From Candidatus Nanohaloarchaea archaeon (GTDB lineage: Archaea > Nanohalarchaeota > Nanosalinia > Nanosalinales > Nanosalinaceae): DNA of 64,000 nt. The first letter of the stretch is position 1. Each line of letters begins with the position of its first letter. Below are positions 1 to 9,265 of this stretch, in pieces. The translations under genes and the position numbers were made by a program. The stretch is taken from positions 1-64,000 of the forward strand of contig JBLGBS010000003.1 in assembly GCA_047617985.1 (NCBI GenBank). The letters are read 5' to 3'. The notes beneath the pieces were generated by a model. The model was not told the origin of the DNA and did no database searches. It saw only the letters and a program-made list of their open reading frames with translations.

Positions 1-555
1 TTACCTGCATTACTTCCTCAGTATTTTCCACTCCAAGAGCTTCAAGCATTGATTCAAGCAGGTTTCTATCATTTAACTGGAACCGGACACGATCCATTAG
101 ATCAAGTTTCTCGTAGATTCTTGCAGCTGATGCGATTACTTCTGCATCCGCCTCAACTGATTCAATTCCAAATATATCGAAATCTCCCTGGAAGAATTCT
201 CTGTCCCGACCTTTCTGGACGTTTTCGTACCTCCATCTTTTCGAGGTGTCGTACCATTTGATCGGTGTCTTCAAATCCTTTCTCTGCTGTACAAGTCTAG
301 CCCGAGTAGGAGTCTGCTCCGGTATAAGTGAGATCTCTCGACCTCCTTTATCCTCGAAATTGTACATCTGATCCATTAACTCGTCCCCGGATTTTACCCT
401 GTAAAGATCTGCTTTCTCTAAATTTGGGGTATTGATCTGCCGGAAACCGAACTCTTCAGCAGTCTCATCCACCACTTCAATCAGTTTTTTCCAGCTACTC
501 CATTCATCCGGGTAACGATCATAGAATCCTTTCAGGCTCTGAATATCTGTCATTT
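1..555 (-). CDS. hisS: Histidyl-tRNA synthetase, N-terminal part. The gene runs off the window start; its start codon is at 553-555 on the minus strand.
   Basis: Reverse translation from 555 gives MTDIQSLKGFYDRYPDEW...RWRYENVQKGRDREFFQGDFDIFG. This matches class II HisRS motifs 1 and 2 (RYERPQKGRYREF-type). It is absent from the ORF track because it is open at the window edge. Confidence 0.8.
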
Positions 556-652
556 TTAATTTCCTCTGGAAACGGTTTGATCTCGGAATTTTTTAAGCGG
601 TTTCCTCTCTAACAAAAATGTAAAAACCCGGCCAACGAATCCAGATTTAGTT

Positions 653-1120
653 ATGGGAGATTTCTCTGAACATGTCTTGTTTGGTCTTTTGACAGCGGTG
701 TTAATCGCTTTTCTGACGAAGGATATGTTTAGTTTTAATCCTTTTGAGTCGATTGCTTCGGTTACAGCGGTTTTTGTCGGTTCTGTTCTGCCTGATGTCG
801 ATCATAAGAATTCTTATGTTCATAGAGCTGTTAAGTCGATGGTTTCGCTGGTTGCGGGTTCGGCTACTTTTTTCCTTCCTCTGCCGGTTGTGCAGAAGTA
901 TCTGCTTTACATCACTATCCTGGTCACGGTTTACTGGGGGATTGGGAGGATGAAGATCAGGCACAGAGGTTTTACTCATTCGCTGTCTTTCTGCGCTATA
1001 GCTGTGTCTATGGCTGTTGTAGCTTCAGTTATATCTCTTGGTAGTCCTGTTCCAGGTGTGGCGTTGGGTGTAGGACTTTTCTCCCATCTTCTTTTGGATG
1101 GGGAGATCAAGATAGAATAG
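653..1120 (+). CDS. Membrane-bound metal-dependent hydrolase (DUF457/YdjM-like)
   Basis: Several TM segments. His/Asp motifs PDVDH, HRGFTHS and HLLLD are typical of the LexA-regulated inner-membrane hydrolase family. Confidence 0.5.
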   Translation: MGDFSEHVLFGLLTAVLIAFLTKDMFSFNPFESIASVTAVFVGSVLPDVDHKNSYVHRAVKSMVSLVAGSATFFLPLPVVQKYLLYITILVTVYWGIGRMKIRHRGFTHSLSFCAIAVSMAVVASVISLGSPVPGVALGVGLFSHLLLDGEIKIE

Positions 1121-1567
1121 TTAATTTATATCTGCTACATCTTCCATTGTCGCTTTTCTGTTGTCGACTTTGTTGTCGGTGTCGTAGTCCGCGACCTCTG
1201 GATTGGTGTAGAGCGTTACTCCGAACTTTTTCGAGAGTTTGTCGGCGAGCGGTTTGTCAGGTTTGAGATCCTGTTTCTCGATCTTTGCGAGCAGTGATTC
1301 TTTTTCGTTTAGATCGTCCGCGACTTCTGCTATAGAAAGCTGTTCTGATTCCCTTGCGCTCTTGATCCGGTCTCCGTAATCGTTTACCAGAACGTCTTTA
1401 CTGCTTCTTTTCTTTCGCTTCTTCTTTTTCTTCCTGCTCTTCTTGGAGCCGGTCTTTACTTCTTCTCCCATTTCGGCGCAGGAGTCACATGCCTTGAGTG
1501 TTGCTCCCTCGATTTTGACTTTTTTTAGAGAATCTACGTCTCTTCCACAGAGTTCACAAGATGTCAT
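1121..1567 (-). CDS. Archaeal MBF1-like protein: N-terminal Zn ribbon plus HTH
   Basis: The CxxC...CxxC pair (CELCGRD...CDSCAEMG) is followed by a K-rich linker and an HTH resembling the XRE/MBF1 helix (LSIAEVADDLNEKESLLAKIE). Confidence 0.6.
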   Translation of the reverse strand: MTSCELCGRDVDSLKKVKIEGATLKACDSCAEMGEEVKTGSKKSRKKKKKRKKRSSKDVLVNDYGDRIKSARESEQLSIAEVADDLNEKESLLAKIEKQDLKPDKPLADKLSKKFGVTLYTNPEVADYDTDNKVDNRKATMEDVADIN

Positions 1568-1665
1568 TTCGGTGGTTCACATCAAAGTTGGTACAAAGGT
1601 TCTGAAAGTTTCAGTTGAAATTTCGGGCTGAAAGTTTAATAAACTAACAGCAGTCCCTGCTGTTT

Positions 1666-2205
1666 TTAACCGGAGAGCCTGTTTATTGTGAAGGCGTACA
1701 GCACTCCCAGGGCTGAAAACGTGAGGAAACCTGCTCCCACGAAAAGAAGAATTTCAGGTGAGAGATTCATCAGGGTTGATGGTGCTTCCTGAGCTGCTGT
1801 ACCGGCTGATTCCTGCCCCATAGTCATCGCATCCATCGTTCTCTGCTCTGACTGGTAGCTGTCCCGGAAAAGTTCCTGGGCTCCGGATCCCATTGCTACT
1901 AGAGCTACCATCATTGAAAGCGCTGAGGAAGCGATTGTGAAACGTACTTTTCTCTCCCGGCCTTCAACTATAGCTCTGGCCTTTCTTGTCGGGGAGTATG
2001 AAACTCTTTTCCGTCCTTCTTCCTGGTCTTTCTCTACAAGCCCGGCTTTGTGAAGTGTGGTTAGGTGGGATGAGATCGTTGACTTGCTCTTGTCTAGGTT
2101 ATCGCTTAACTGTGTTGGTGTTGATTCTTTCTCAAGAACTTGGTGAAGTATTTTTACTCTTGTCGGCGATGAAAGCGCCTTAACAGCTTTGAAATCCAGT
2201 TCCAT
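1666..2205 (-). CDS. ArsR-family winged-HTH regulator with a C-terminal transmembrane segment
   Basis: The N-terminus LSSPTRVKILHQVL...PTQLSDNLDKSKSTISSHLTTLHKAGLV is a classic ArsR HTH. A C-terminal hydrophobic helix is present. Confidence 0.6.
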   Translation of the reverse strand: MELDFKAVKALSSPTRVKILHQVLEKESTPTQLSDNLDKSKSTISSHLTTLHKAGLVEKDQEEGRKRVSYSPTRKARAIVEGRERKVRFTIASSALSMMVALVAMGSGAQELFRDSYQSEQRTMDAMTMGQESAGTAAQEAPSTLMNLSPEILLFVGAGFLTFSALGVLYAFTINRLSG

Positions 2206-2299
2206 ATGAATGAGTTACAGCTGAAGTATTTTTTAATTAACCCTGGTATGTTCGATCTAGAGCGAACGATTGAAGCTGGTTTATATTTGAACAGACGAA

Positions 2300-3172
2300 A
2301 TGTATTATTTAATGGAGTTAAAACAGCGTATACCCGAAGCCAGCCAAAACGTGAAAATCGTGTCGATTCTATCTTTTGTCCTGGTCGCGGGCTTTCTGGC
2401 TACTAATCCGCCAGCTCTTCAGGACAGCTCACAGGTTCAAACTTTTGATAGACCAGCAGGTTCATCAGGAGGTGTTTCCTATGATGCACCGGCCCGGACA
2501 GAATCAGAGGGCGGAGGACAGCCGAACGCCGGTTCGGATAGAAAAGTTATAACTACTGTTAGAACCACTTTGAAAGTTTCAGACGTTGGATCAGCCATGA
2601 AGTTAATTGAATCAGATGTCAGATCCTACAACGGTTTCATCGAGTCCAGCTCCATAGATACCGGTTCGGAGAACACAGGCAGCATGACCGTTGCAGTCCC
2701 GGCAGATGATCTGGAAGAGTTTGAGGCAGGCCTTGAGGACAGCTGGGATGTTGAATCCAGAAACGTCGATCGGGAAGATGTAACTGATTCCTACAACCAG
2801 CTGGAGACTGAGATAGAAAGCCTTAAAACTGAGCACCAGAGGCTCAGAGAGCTGATCAATCAGACAGATGATGTTGAGAATCTTATCAAGCTTCAGGAGC
2901 GGATGTCGCAGGTCAGAAGCCAGATAAATTACAAGCAGGACAGGCTTGACAGATTAAGTGAAGACATCGAATATTCAAAAGTTCATATAACACTGGAAGG
3001 CCCGAAAAGCTTTGAATCAAGATTTGAGCTGAGAGAAACCCTTTCAGATGCTTACAGCGCATTGTTTGACTCTGTAAAGCTGATCATAGTTGGTACAGCA
3101 TATCTTGTCCCGGTTGCACTCCTGTACGGAGCTTATAGAATTGGGATCAGGGTTAAGAGGGAGAGGCTTTAA
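2300..3172 (+). CDS. DUF4349-like membrane-anchored coiled-coil protein. The start is uncertain; an alternative ATG lies at 2312.
   Basis: N-terminal TM, central coiled coil (LETEIESLKTEHQRLRELI...), C-terminal TM. This matches the DUF4349 architecture. Confidence 0.45.
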   Translation: MYYLMELKQRIPEASQNVKIVSILSFVLVAGFLATNPPALQDSSQVQTFDRPAGSSGGVSYDAPARTESEGGGQPNAGSDRKVITTVRTTLKVSDVGSAMKLIESDVRSYNGFIESSSIDTGSENTGSMTVAVPADDLEEFEAGLEDSWDVESRNVDREDVTDSYNQLETEIESLKTEHQRLRELINQTDDVENLIKLQERMSQVRSQINYKQDRLDRLSEDIEYSKVHITLEGPKSFESRFELRETLSDAYSALFDSVKLIIVGTAYLVPVALLYGAYRIGIRVKRERL

Positions 3173-3305
3173 AACCCTCTCTACCCTTAGTTTTTTACAC
3201 TTCTGTAGTAAAACCTTCTAGACTAGGTCTGTTAACCCCTTTTTCAGGTAGAAAAAGCCATACCTATAAAAAAGAGGCCGGACAATACTTTCTTGGTTGA
3301 TTACC

Positions 3306-3473
3306 ATGGTAGATGTACTTAAGAAATCTGGCGTTCGTGACGCTGCAGACGGAGTCAACGTAGGTTCTGACTTCTATGACGCACTAGACGATGAGGTAAA
3401 AGACCTTATCGACAGAGCAGTCGAAAGAGCAGAAGAAAACGGACGCAGAACAGTCAAAGCAAGAGACGTTTAA
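3306..3473 (+). CDS. Small histone-fold-like protein (DUF1931-like), 55 aa
   Basis: MVDVLKKSGVRDAADGVNVGSDFYDALDDEVKDLIDRAVERAEENGRRTVKARDV. The C-terminus resembles the archaeal histone/DUF1931 motif (A..NGRKTVKxxD). It is below the 60-aa ORF-track cutoff. Confidence 0.5.
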   Translation: MVDVLKKSGVRDAADGVNVGSDFYDALDDEVKDLIDRAVERAEENGRRTVKARDV

Positions 3474-3532
3474 AGTCTCGCGCTTTAACCTTCAATTTTT
3501 CCTTCTTTTTATTTTAAAACTGATTTGTTCCA

Positions 3533-4012
3533 ATGAAAATTAGAAAAGCGGAGCCGGAAGACGCGGAGTATATAAAGGAAGCTGCGGAGAGGACGTGGAA
3601 GGAGACCTACATCGAGATTCTTGACACTGAGACTATTGAGAGGATTATCAATGACTGGTACAAGGAGGAAAGTCTTAAGAGACAGATCAGAGAACATGAA
3701 CATTTCTATGTTATTGAAGAGGAAGGCGGGCTGGCAGGTTTCATCAACGCGACTGTGGAAGACGGTTTAGCCGAGCTTCACAGGCTTTACATCTATCCTG
3801 AATACTGGAGACAGGGATTTGGAACAGAGCTCTACACCAGGCTGGAGCAGAAGATCGGTTCAGAAGTGGAGAAAATCCGGCTGAACGTGATCCCGGAGAA
3901 CGATCCTGCGGTAGATTTTTACCGCAAACACGGCTTTGAAACTGTTGAGAAAAAGACTACAGAGCTGAAAGGAGAGGAAGTTGAGCAGGAAGTTATGGAG
4001 AAGAAGATCTGA
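3533..4012 (+). CDS. GNAT family N-acetyltransferase
   Basis: GNAT acetyl-CoA-binding motifs are present (RLYIYPEYWRQGFGTELY; ...FYRKHGF). Confidence 0.75.
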   Translation: MKIRKAEPEDAEYIKEAAERTWKETYIEILDTETIERIINDWYKEESLKRQIREHEHFYVIEEEGGLAGFINATVEDGLAELHRLYIYPEYWRQGFGTELYTRLEQKIGSEVEKIRLNVIPENDPAVDFYRKHGFETVEKKTTELKGEEVEQEVMEKKI

Positions 4013-4018
4013 GCATTT

Positions 4019-4234
4019 CTAGAGCTCTTCCTTTCTCCTCTCCATCTCCTGAAGATGCATTTCGACCTTATCCAGAGCCTCTCTTAACTCTTCAACGGTT
4101 TCCACGTTCTCGATCGGAAGTCTTCCCAGATCTCCGTCGTTGATCTCGATTAATGCTTTCCCGTCATCGGTTTTTACCGTGAACTCCAGGACGTCGTAAG
4201 GCCCCTGTTTGAATTCGTGAAGTATCTCTGTCAT
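4019..4234 (-). CDS. Hypothetical small acidic protein
   Basis: 71-aa ORF with acidic composition like its neighbours. No recognisable motif. Confidence 0.35.
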   Translation of the reverse strand: MTEILHEFKQGPYDVLEFTVKTDDGKALIEINDGDLGRLPIENVETVEELREALDKVEMHLQEMERRKEEL

Positions 4235-4259
4235 AGTATATTTTTGGTCTGAGAGGGTT

Positions 4260-6041
4260 TTATGTATTCCGGATAAGATTCTCTGCTTCCTGGACAGCTT
4301 TCTCCGCTTCCTCGCTGTTTTCTGCTTCCGCTGTTATTCTCAGTTTATGAGAGGAACCTGATGACCGGATCAGCACTCTTGAACTCTCTGACTCGTACTT
4401 GATGCCGTCGATTTTCGACAATACGCGGAAGTTTTCTTCCACTTTCTTCTTCAGTTTCTCCATCACCAGGTTCTTATCTTCCACCTTGACCGATTTCTTC
4501 TTGACCTCTATCTCAGGTAGTTCATCTATTATCTTCTCCAGATCGGCTCCAGCTAACATAAGACCGGAGAGGGTTCCAGAGTTATATGGAACGAATTTCG
4601 TGAAACAGTAATGACCGTTCGGCTCCCCTGAAAACTCTGCGTCTGTCTCCAGTGTTCTGTCGATCACAAACGGGTCTCCTACCCTGGTGTACTCTATTTT
4701 CCCGTATTTTTCGGCAGTTCTCCGAACTATCTCGGTGGAATCTATCGACGCCACGACTTTCTCAGGCTTAACCACCTCAATCAGGACAGCGAATACCTCA
4801 TCCCCGGTAAGCCACTCTCCATCGAAGTAGACCGCAACCCTGTCAGCATCCATATCGGTCGCTATACCAAGATCTGCATCCGATTTTTCCACTTTTTCTT
4901 CAACATGGCTTAAGTTCTCCGGCTTCGGGTCAGGGGGGTTGATATCCGGCTTTTCGGATGATAAGTTTTCGACTTCCGCCCCGAGTTCCTCCAGTATTTC
5001 GGCCAGTCTGCTCGACTGTCTTCCCCCCATGTTCTCCACCACGACTTTTCGGTCTACTTCATCGAAATACTCTCCAAAAAAGCTCTCCATCCTACTGAGG
5101 TACTCCTTGCCGTAGCTTTTCCGGGTCAAGGATCCTGTTTCTTGTTCTTCAAACCGGTTCTTCCGGAATATCTGCTTTAGCCTGTCAAGATCCTCGTTCA
5201 TGAAACCGTTGCCTTCCGGGTAGACAAGTTTGAAGCCGTTGAAGTTGAGAGGCATGTGAGATGAGCTTACCTGCACTCCTGTAGATTCTTCCTCTACTGC
5301 AGAAAATGCTGTGTAGTCTGTGGGGCCTGTCCCGCAGTCAATCACATGTATTCCCTGGGAGGTTAACCCTTTTTTCAGGCATTCCTTGAGATTTCCGGAT
5401 GTTTCTTTCGGGTCTTTCGTTAAAACTGCTTTTTCTTCCCCTCTTTCTGTTATAAGCCGTCCCAGTGATTCTCCAAGCCGGTAGGCGAAACTTTCGTTCA
5501 GCTCTTCCGGGTAACTTCCTCTTATATCGTATCTTTTGAATACTTTCTCGAAATCCGGAGGTGTCAAGTGTTCGAGTATCTTTTCGATGTTTTTGTCATC
5601 AGGATCAACCTGGATACCAGGGATGTTAACTCTTTCAAGCTCTTCCTTCCAGTCATCTACCAGGAAGTCAATGTCCGCAACTTCTTTGGTTCCCTCCGTT
5701 ATTATCTCGTATCCGTCCACATACTCTAGAACACCTGAGTACTGCAGTTTTTCCTTCTGAATTACAGGATCTCCACGTGTAACAACGATTACTTCATGCT
5801 CCTTCCTCAGTTCTTCCAGCTTTCCGACATCGCTGTACAGGTATTCACTGCAGTTTCTCATCTCGTCTAGGAGCTCTTTTTGATCGACTTCCATTATCTC
5901 TGCGTGTTTTTCCAGGTTGTAGAAACCGTCTTGTTTGGCCTGGTCGTATGTGTCGCCAAAACGAGGGAATTCTGTGTTTAGATCTTCCTTGAAGCGGTCG
6001 GTGTCGAACAGAACGCGGTCGAAGTCTATTCCTATCTTCAT
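4260..6041 (-). CDS. Phosphomannomutase/phosphoglucomutase (alpha-D-phosphohexomutase) with an N-terminal HAD-like extension of about 165 aa
   Basis: The PGM/PMM core starts at KRYDIRG. It carries the active-site Ser loop GVQVSSSHMP (a TASHNP variant), the metal loop ATDMDADR and the sugar-binding loop SGEPNGH. The N-terminus has a HAD motif I-like IGIDFDRVLFDT. It overlaps the next gene by 4 bp (ATGA). Confidence 0.8.
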   Translation of the reverse strand: MKIGIDFDRVLFDTDRFKEDLNTEFPRFGDTYDQAKQDGFYNLEKHAEIMEVDQKELLDEMRNCSEYLYSDVGKLEELRKEHEVIVVTRGDPVIQKEKLQYSGVLEYVDGYEIITEGTKEVADIDFLVDDWKEELERVNIPGIQVDPDDKNIEKILEHLTPPDFEKVFKRYDIRGSYPEELNESFAYRLGESLGRLITERGEEKAVLTKDPKETSGNLKECLKKGLTSQGIHVIDCGTGPTDYTAFSAVEEESTGVQVSSSHMPLNFNGFKLVYPEGNGFMNEDLDRLKQIFRKNRFEEQETGSLTRKSYGKEYLSRMESFFGEYFDEVDRKVVVENMGGRQSSRLAEILEELGAEVENLSSEKPDINPPDPKPENLSHVEEKVEKSDADLGIATDMDADRVAVYFDGEWLTGDEVFAVLIEVVKPEKVVASIDSTEIVRRTAEKYGKIEYTRVGDPFVIDRTLETDAEFSGEPNGHYCFTKFVPYNSGTLSGLMLAGADLEKIIDELPEIEVKKKSVKVEDKNLVMEKLKKKVEENFRVLSKIDGIKYESESSRVLIRSSGSSHKLRITAEAENSEEAEKAVQEAENLIRNT

Positions 6042-7234
6042 TTCACATCGCCGTCTTTCAGAGTCTTTCCGGAGGGTACGTTTTCTGCCACTTTTTCTCC
6101 ACTGTCCGTTGCTGATCTGAACCCTATCTTTCTTCCCGGCTTTATCGAGTTGTTTACACCTATCTTTGCTTCAGAACCTATAATTGCTCCCAGTTTCTCC
6201 CTCCCGGTGTCGTGCATATCTCCCTTCACAATCATCTTGACACCTTTTTCATCGGCTCTGAGATTGGCGGTTTTCGTTCCTGCCCCGATATTCACGTTTT
6301 TCCCTATGTAGGAGTCGCCGATGTAGCTGAAGTGTGGTACTGCGGAGTTTTTCCGGATGACAGAGTTTTTGATCTCGGAGTTTCCGATCTCCACGTTTTC
6401 CTCCAGAACCGTTCCGCCTCTAATGTAACTGTTCGGCCCAAGTTCACAGCCTGACTTTATTATCGCCGGGCCTTCGATCACGCAGTTCTCACCGATTTCA
6501 ACACCGTCTTCTATCTCAACTTTTCCTCTGACAACTGCTGAATCCGGTAATTCGGATTCTATAGTTCTATCCGGTTTCAGAAGTTTTTCGTTAGCATTGA
6601 TTAACTGCCACGGGTAACTGCAGGGTATCCACCTGTCCGCCTTAACTACTTCCACGGTCTTGTTTTGGATATATTTTTTGAGCGCATCAGTGATCTCGTA
6701 CTCTCCTCTCTCCGATTTCCCCACATTTTTCAGGGTCTCGAAAAAACCTTTGTCGACCGAGAAACAGCCGGTATTGACAAGCTTTGAAGGCGGATCGTCA
6801 GGTTTCTCAGTTAAACCCTCGATCTCTCCATCATTTTCATCGTAAACTCCGTAGTTGCTCGGCTTCTCTGCTCTAGAGGCCAGCACCGAGCTGGGATTCC
6901 GGATAACTTCCATTATTTTCTCGCCGTAGATATCATCCCCGTTGAGCAGAACCGCAGAATCCTCGATATAATCTTCTGCCTGAAGTGCTGCGTCCGCAGT
7001 TCCAACCGCTTCCTCCTGCTCTACTATTTTCACTTCCGTACCGGAGAAATAATTTTTGAACTGCTCTATCCTATATCCTGCGACAACTATGATTTCGTCA
7101 ACTTCACTCTCTATAAGATCTATGTTGTGCTGGATTATCGGCTTCCCTGCGACAGGTAGAAGAGGCTTTGGAGTGTCTTCAGTTAAAGGCCTCATCCTTG
7201 TTCCCTTTCCCGCTGCCAGAATTACTGCTTTCAT
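6038..7234 (-). CDS. Bifunctional sugar-1-phosphate nucleotidyltransferase/acetyltransferase (GlmU-like: NTP-transferase domain plus left-handed beta-helix)
   Basis: N-terminus MKAVILAAGKGTRMRPLTEDTPKPLLPV is the canonical G-x-G-T-R NTase loop. The C-terminus has hexapeptide repeats (IGENCVIEGPAII..., VEIGNSEIKNSVI). Confidence 0.8.
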   Translation of the reverse strand: MKAVILAAGKGTRMRPLTEDTPKPLLPVAGKPIIQHNIDLIESEVDEIIVVAGYRIEQFKNYFSGTEVKIVEQEEAVGTADAALQAEDYIEDSAVLLNGDDIYGEKIMEVIRNPSSVLASRAEKPSNYGVYDENDGEIEGLTEKPDDPPSKLVNTGCFSVDKGFFETLKNVGKSERGEYEITDALKKYIQNKTVEVVKADRWIPCSYPWQLINANEKLLKPDRTIESELPDSAVVRGKVEIEDGVEIGENCVIEGPAIIKSGCELGPNSYIRGGTVLEENVEIGNSEIKNSVIRKNSAVPHFSYIGDSYIGKNVNIGAGTKTANLRADEKGVKMIVKGDMHDTGREKLGAIIGSEAKIGVNNSIKPGRKIGFRSATDSGEKVAENVPSGKTLKDGDVK

Positions 7235-7272
7235 ATTCTGTTTTTAGATGTTTGATAGTTTAATATCTCAGG

Positions 7273-8130
7273 CTAAATCAGGATCAAAAGAACCGCCGCT
7301 AAAATTGTTATTGCTCCTAGTGCTTTCCGGATTAATTCCTTCTCTCTGAAGTATCTTCCTCCTACAAAAATCCCTAGAATACCGGAGATCTGTTTGATTA
7401 TAGTTACTTCAGATGCTGAAATATACGAATATGCATATATTGTTACAACAGCTCCCAGAGATGTTAAAACGGCTAGAAGAATAATATTTTTGTCCAAGTA
7501 GTACTCTTTTTGAATACTTATCGATCTCTTCTTCTTCCATATCCAGAATCCTAATAGACCTAGTACGAAGGTAAAGTATGAGAAAAGATATGGATCTGAG
7601 TTGGTAGCTCCAAATCTTGATACAATCGCCCAGATTGCGAATATTATAGCCACGAGAATCGAAAGCATTCCGCCTTTGTTCTTCATGTTCTCAACAGGTT
7701 CGAGTAAGCCATCGTCAGCAACTAGTATGTATGAGCCTAGAGCTCCTAAAAGAGCACCAAATATCATTACTGGCTGAAAAGTTATTCCGAGAATTAGAGG
7801 TTCTAGAAATGCTACAAAAATAGGTGTTGTCTGTCTTAAAGACTCTGTCACAGAAAAATCCGCAATTCTCATCGCCTCTATATATAGGTAGGTAGTAGAG
7901 ATTACTACCCCAGTCGATATTAGTAGTGCCGTAATAACTCCTATAGACCAGTTAAACCCGTTTAGATAATAAATAAAAGCTGCAATTGGGGATAGAAATA
8001 TGGTGCCGTAGAGCTGTCCCAAATATCCAATTTCGATAGACCTCAGATCTGAAGACACTAACTTTCTAACTGACTCTCTTAACGTTGATGTTACAGCTGA
8101 GATAAGAGCAATAATTACTCCAATCTGCAT
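7273..8130 (-). CDS. DMT/EamA-type membrane transporter
   Basis: About 10 predicted TM helices and a two-repeat topology. It is embedded in the nucleotide-sugar operon. Confidence 0.55.
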   Translation of the reverse strand: MQIGVIIALISAVTSTLRESVRKLVSSDLRSIEIGYLGQLYGTIFLSPIAAFIYYLNGFNWSIGVITALLISTGVVISTTYLYIEAMRIADFSVTESLRQTTPIFVAFLEPLILGITFQPVMIFGALLGALGSYILVADDGLLEPVENMKNKGGMLSILVAIIFAIWAIVSRFGATNSDPYLFSYFTFVLGLLGFWIWKKKRSISIQKEYYLDKNIILLAVLTSLGAVVTIYAYSYISASEVTIIKQISGILGIFVGGRYFREKELIRKALGAITILAAVLLILI

Positions 8131-8160
8131 ACTATAGAACTCACTTAATCGGATTTATAT

Positions 8161-9261
8161 TTACTTGCTGATCTCGCCGAGGTCAGTTCTTGCATCTGGT
8201 ACGAACTTCACGCCGTAGATCGAATTGTTCATTTCGACGAAGCTTCTTGGGCCGATAAAGGATTCTCTGATAGCTGTGTTTGATTTGATGTCGGCTTCCT
8301 CTGCCAGGACACAGCTCTCCACATGGGTGAAGGGGTCGACTATATTTTTCTCGAAAAGAAGCGAGGTGTCGATACTGCAGGATCTTATCTGACTGCCTCT
8401 GGAAACTGTGGAACTCCTTACTGATGTGTTGGAGCCGATTACAGAGCTTTCCCCGATAAAGGTTTTCCCTTCTATAACTGTGCCAGCTTTGATCTCTGCG
8501 TTTTTCTCCACTACTGCTTTTCCTTCTATCTCAGCTTCTTCATGCACCTCTGCATCTTTGTGTATCTCTGTTTTAGTTATCTCATTTTCTCTTTTAGCCC
8601 TATCTGCTTTCCAGAGTTTTCTGTTTGAACCGATGTCAATCCAGTAGTTTTCAACCATTTCAAATCTGACTTCGTGGTTTTCGACCATTTTCTGGACTGC
8701 ATCGGTTAGATCTTTCTCTCCTTCCATCTCTTCAAGTATATCGAATATTTCCGGGCTGAAGACGTACATTCCTGTGTTAACCAGTGTGTTTTCCGGGTCT
8801 TCCGGTTTCTCTGTTATGCTTTCCACTCTGTCATTTTTTATGCTCAGAACGCCGAACTTTTCAGGGCTTTCCTCGGTATCCGCCAGAACTGTGGCGTCGG
8901 ATTTGTTTTCCCTGTGTTTTTCGAGAAGTGCGGATATATCCTGGCTGGAAGTTACTACATCACCGTTTATGACAGCAAAATCTTCCTGTATGAAGTCGCA
9001 TGTCTCGACGGCTCCGCCTGTACCGTTAAGCTCTTCCTGGGTTACGACGTTAACGTTTGTGTACTCTTCGAACTCCTCTCTGAAGTTTTCCTCCCTGTAG
9101 TTCGCAACTATGTATATGTCGTCGACTCCTTCTTCCTGTAGGTCGGATATCAGGTGTTTTACTATAGGTTTACCCATAACCGGTATCATCCCTGTCGGCT
9201 TTGACTCGGTGAACGGGTAGAGCGATTCCTCTTTTTTGGCGCACGGTATAACTGCTTTCAT
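8161..9261 (-). CDS. Second nucleotidyltransferase plus left-handed beta-helix paralog with a degenerate G-loop. The ORF-track start at 9318 is probably too far upstream; MKAVIP starts at 9261.
   Basis: MKAVIPCAKKEESLYPFTESKPTGMIPVMGKPI aligns to the NTase N-terminus, but G-x-G-T-R is replaced by C-A-K-K-E-E-S. The C-terminal hexapeptide repeats are retained. Confidence 0.6.
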   Translation of the reverse strand: MKAVIPCAKKEESLYPFTESKPTGMIPVMGKPIVKHLISDLQEEGVDDIYIVANYREENFREEFEEYTNVNVVTQEELNGTGGAVETCDFIQEDFAVINGDVVTSSQDISALLEKHRENKSDATVLADTEESPEKFGVLSIKNDRVESITEKPEDPENTLVNTGMYVFSPEIFDILEEMEGEKDLTDAVQKMVENHEVRFEMVENYWIDIGSNRKLWKADRAKRENEITKTEIHKDAEVHEEAEIEGKAVVEKNAEIKAGTVIEGKTFIGESSVIGSNTSVRSSTVSRGSQIRSCSIDTSLLFEKNIVDPFTHVESCVLAEEADIKSNTAIRESFIGPRSFVEMNNSIYGVKFVPDARTDLGEISK

Positions 9262-9265
9262 TCTG

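Noticed and set aside
49-261. 70-aa plus-strand ORF at the window start
   Set aside because: It lies antisense to the hisS coding region, which has clear HisRS motifs on the minus strand.
701-979. ORF-track antisense/alternative-frame ORFs inside the membrane hydrolase gene (701-979 on the minus strand, 744-953 on the plus strand)
   Set aside because: They are entirely nested in a better-supported CDS in another frame. Their basic, low-complexity translations are atypical for this acidic proteome.
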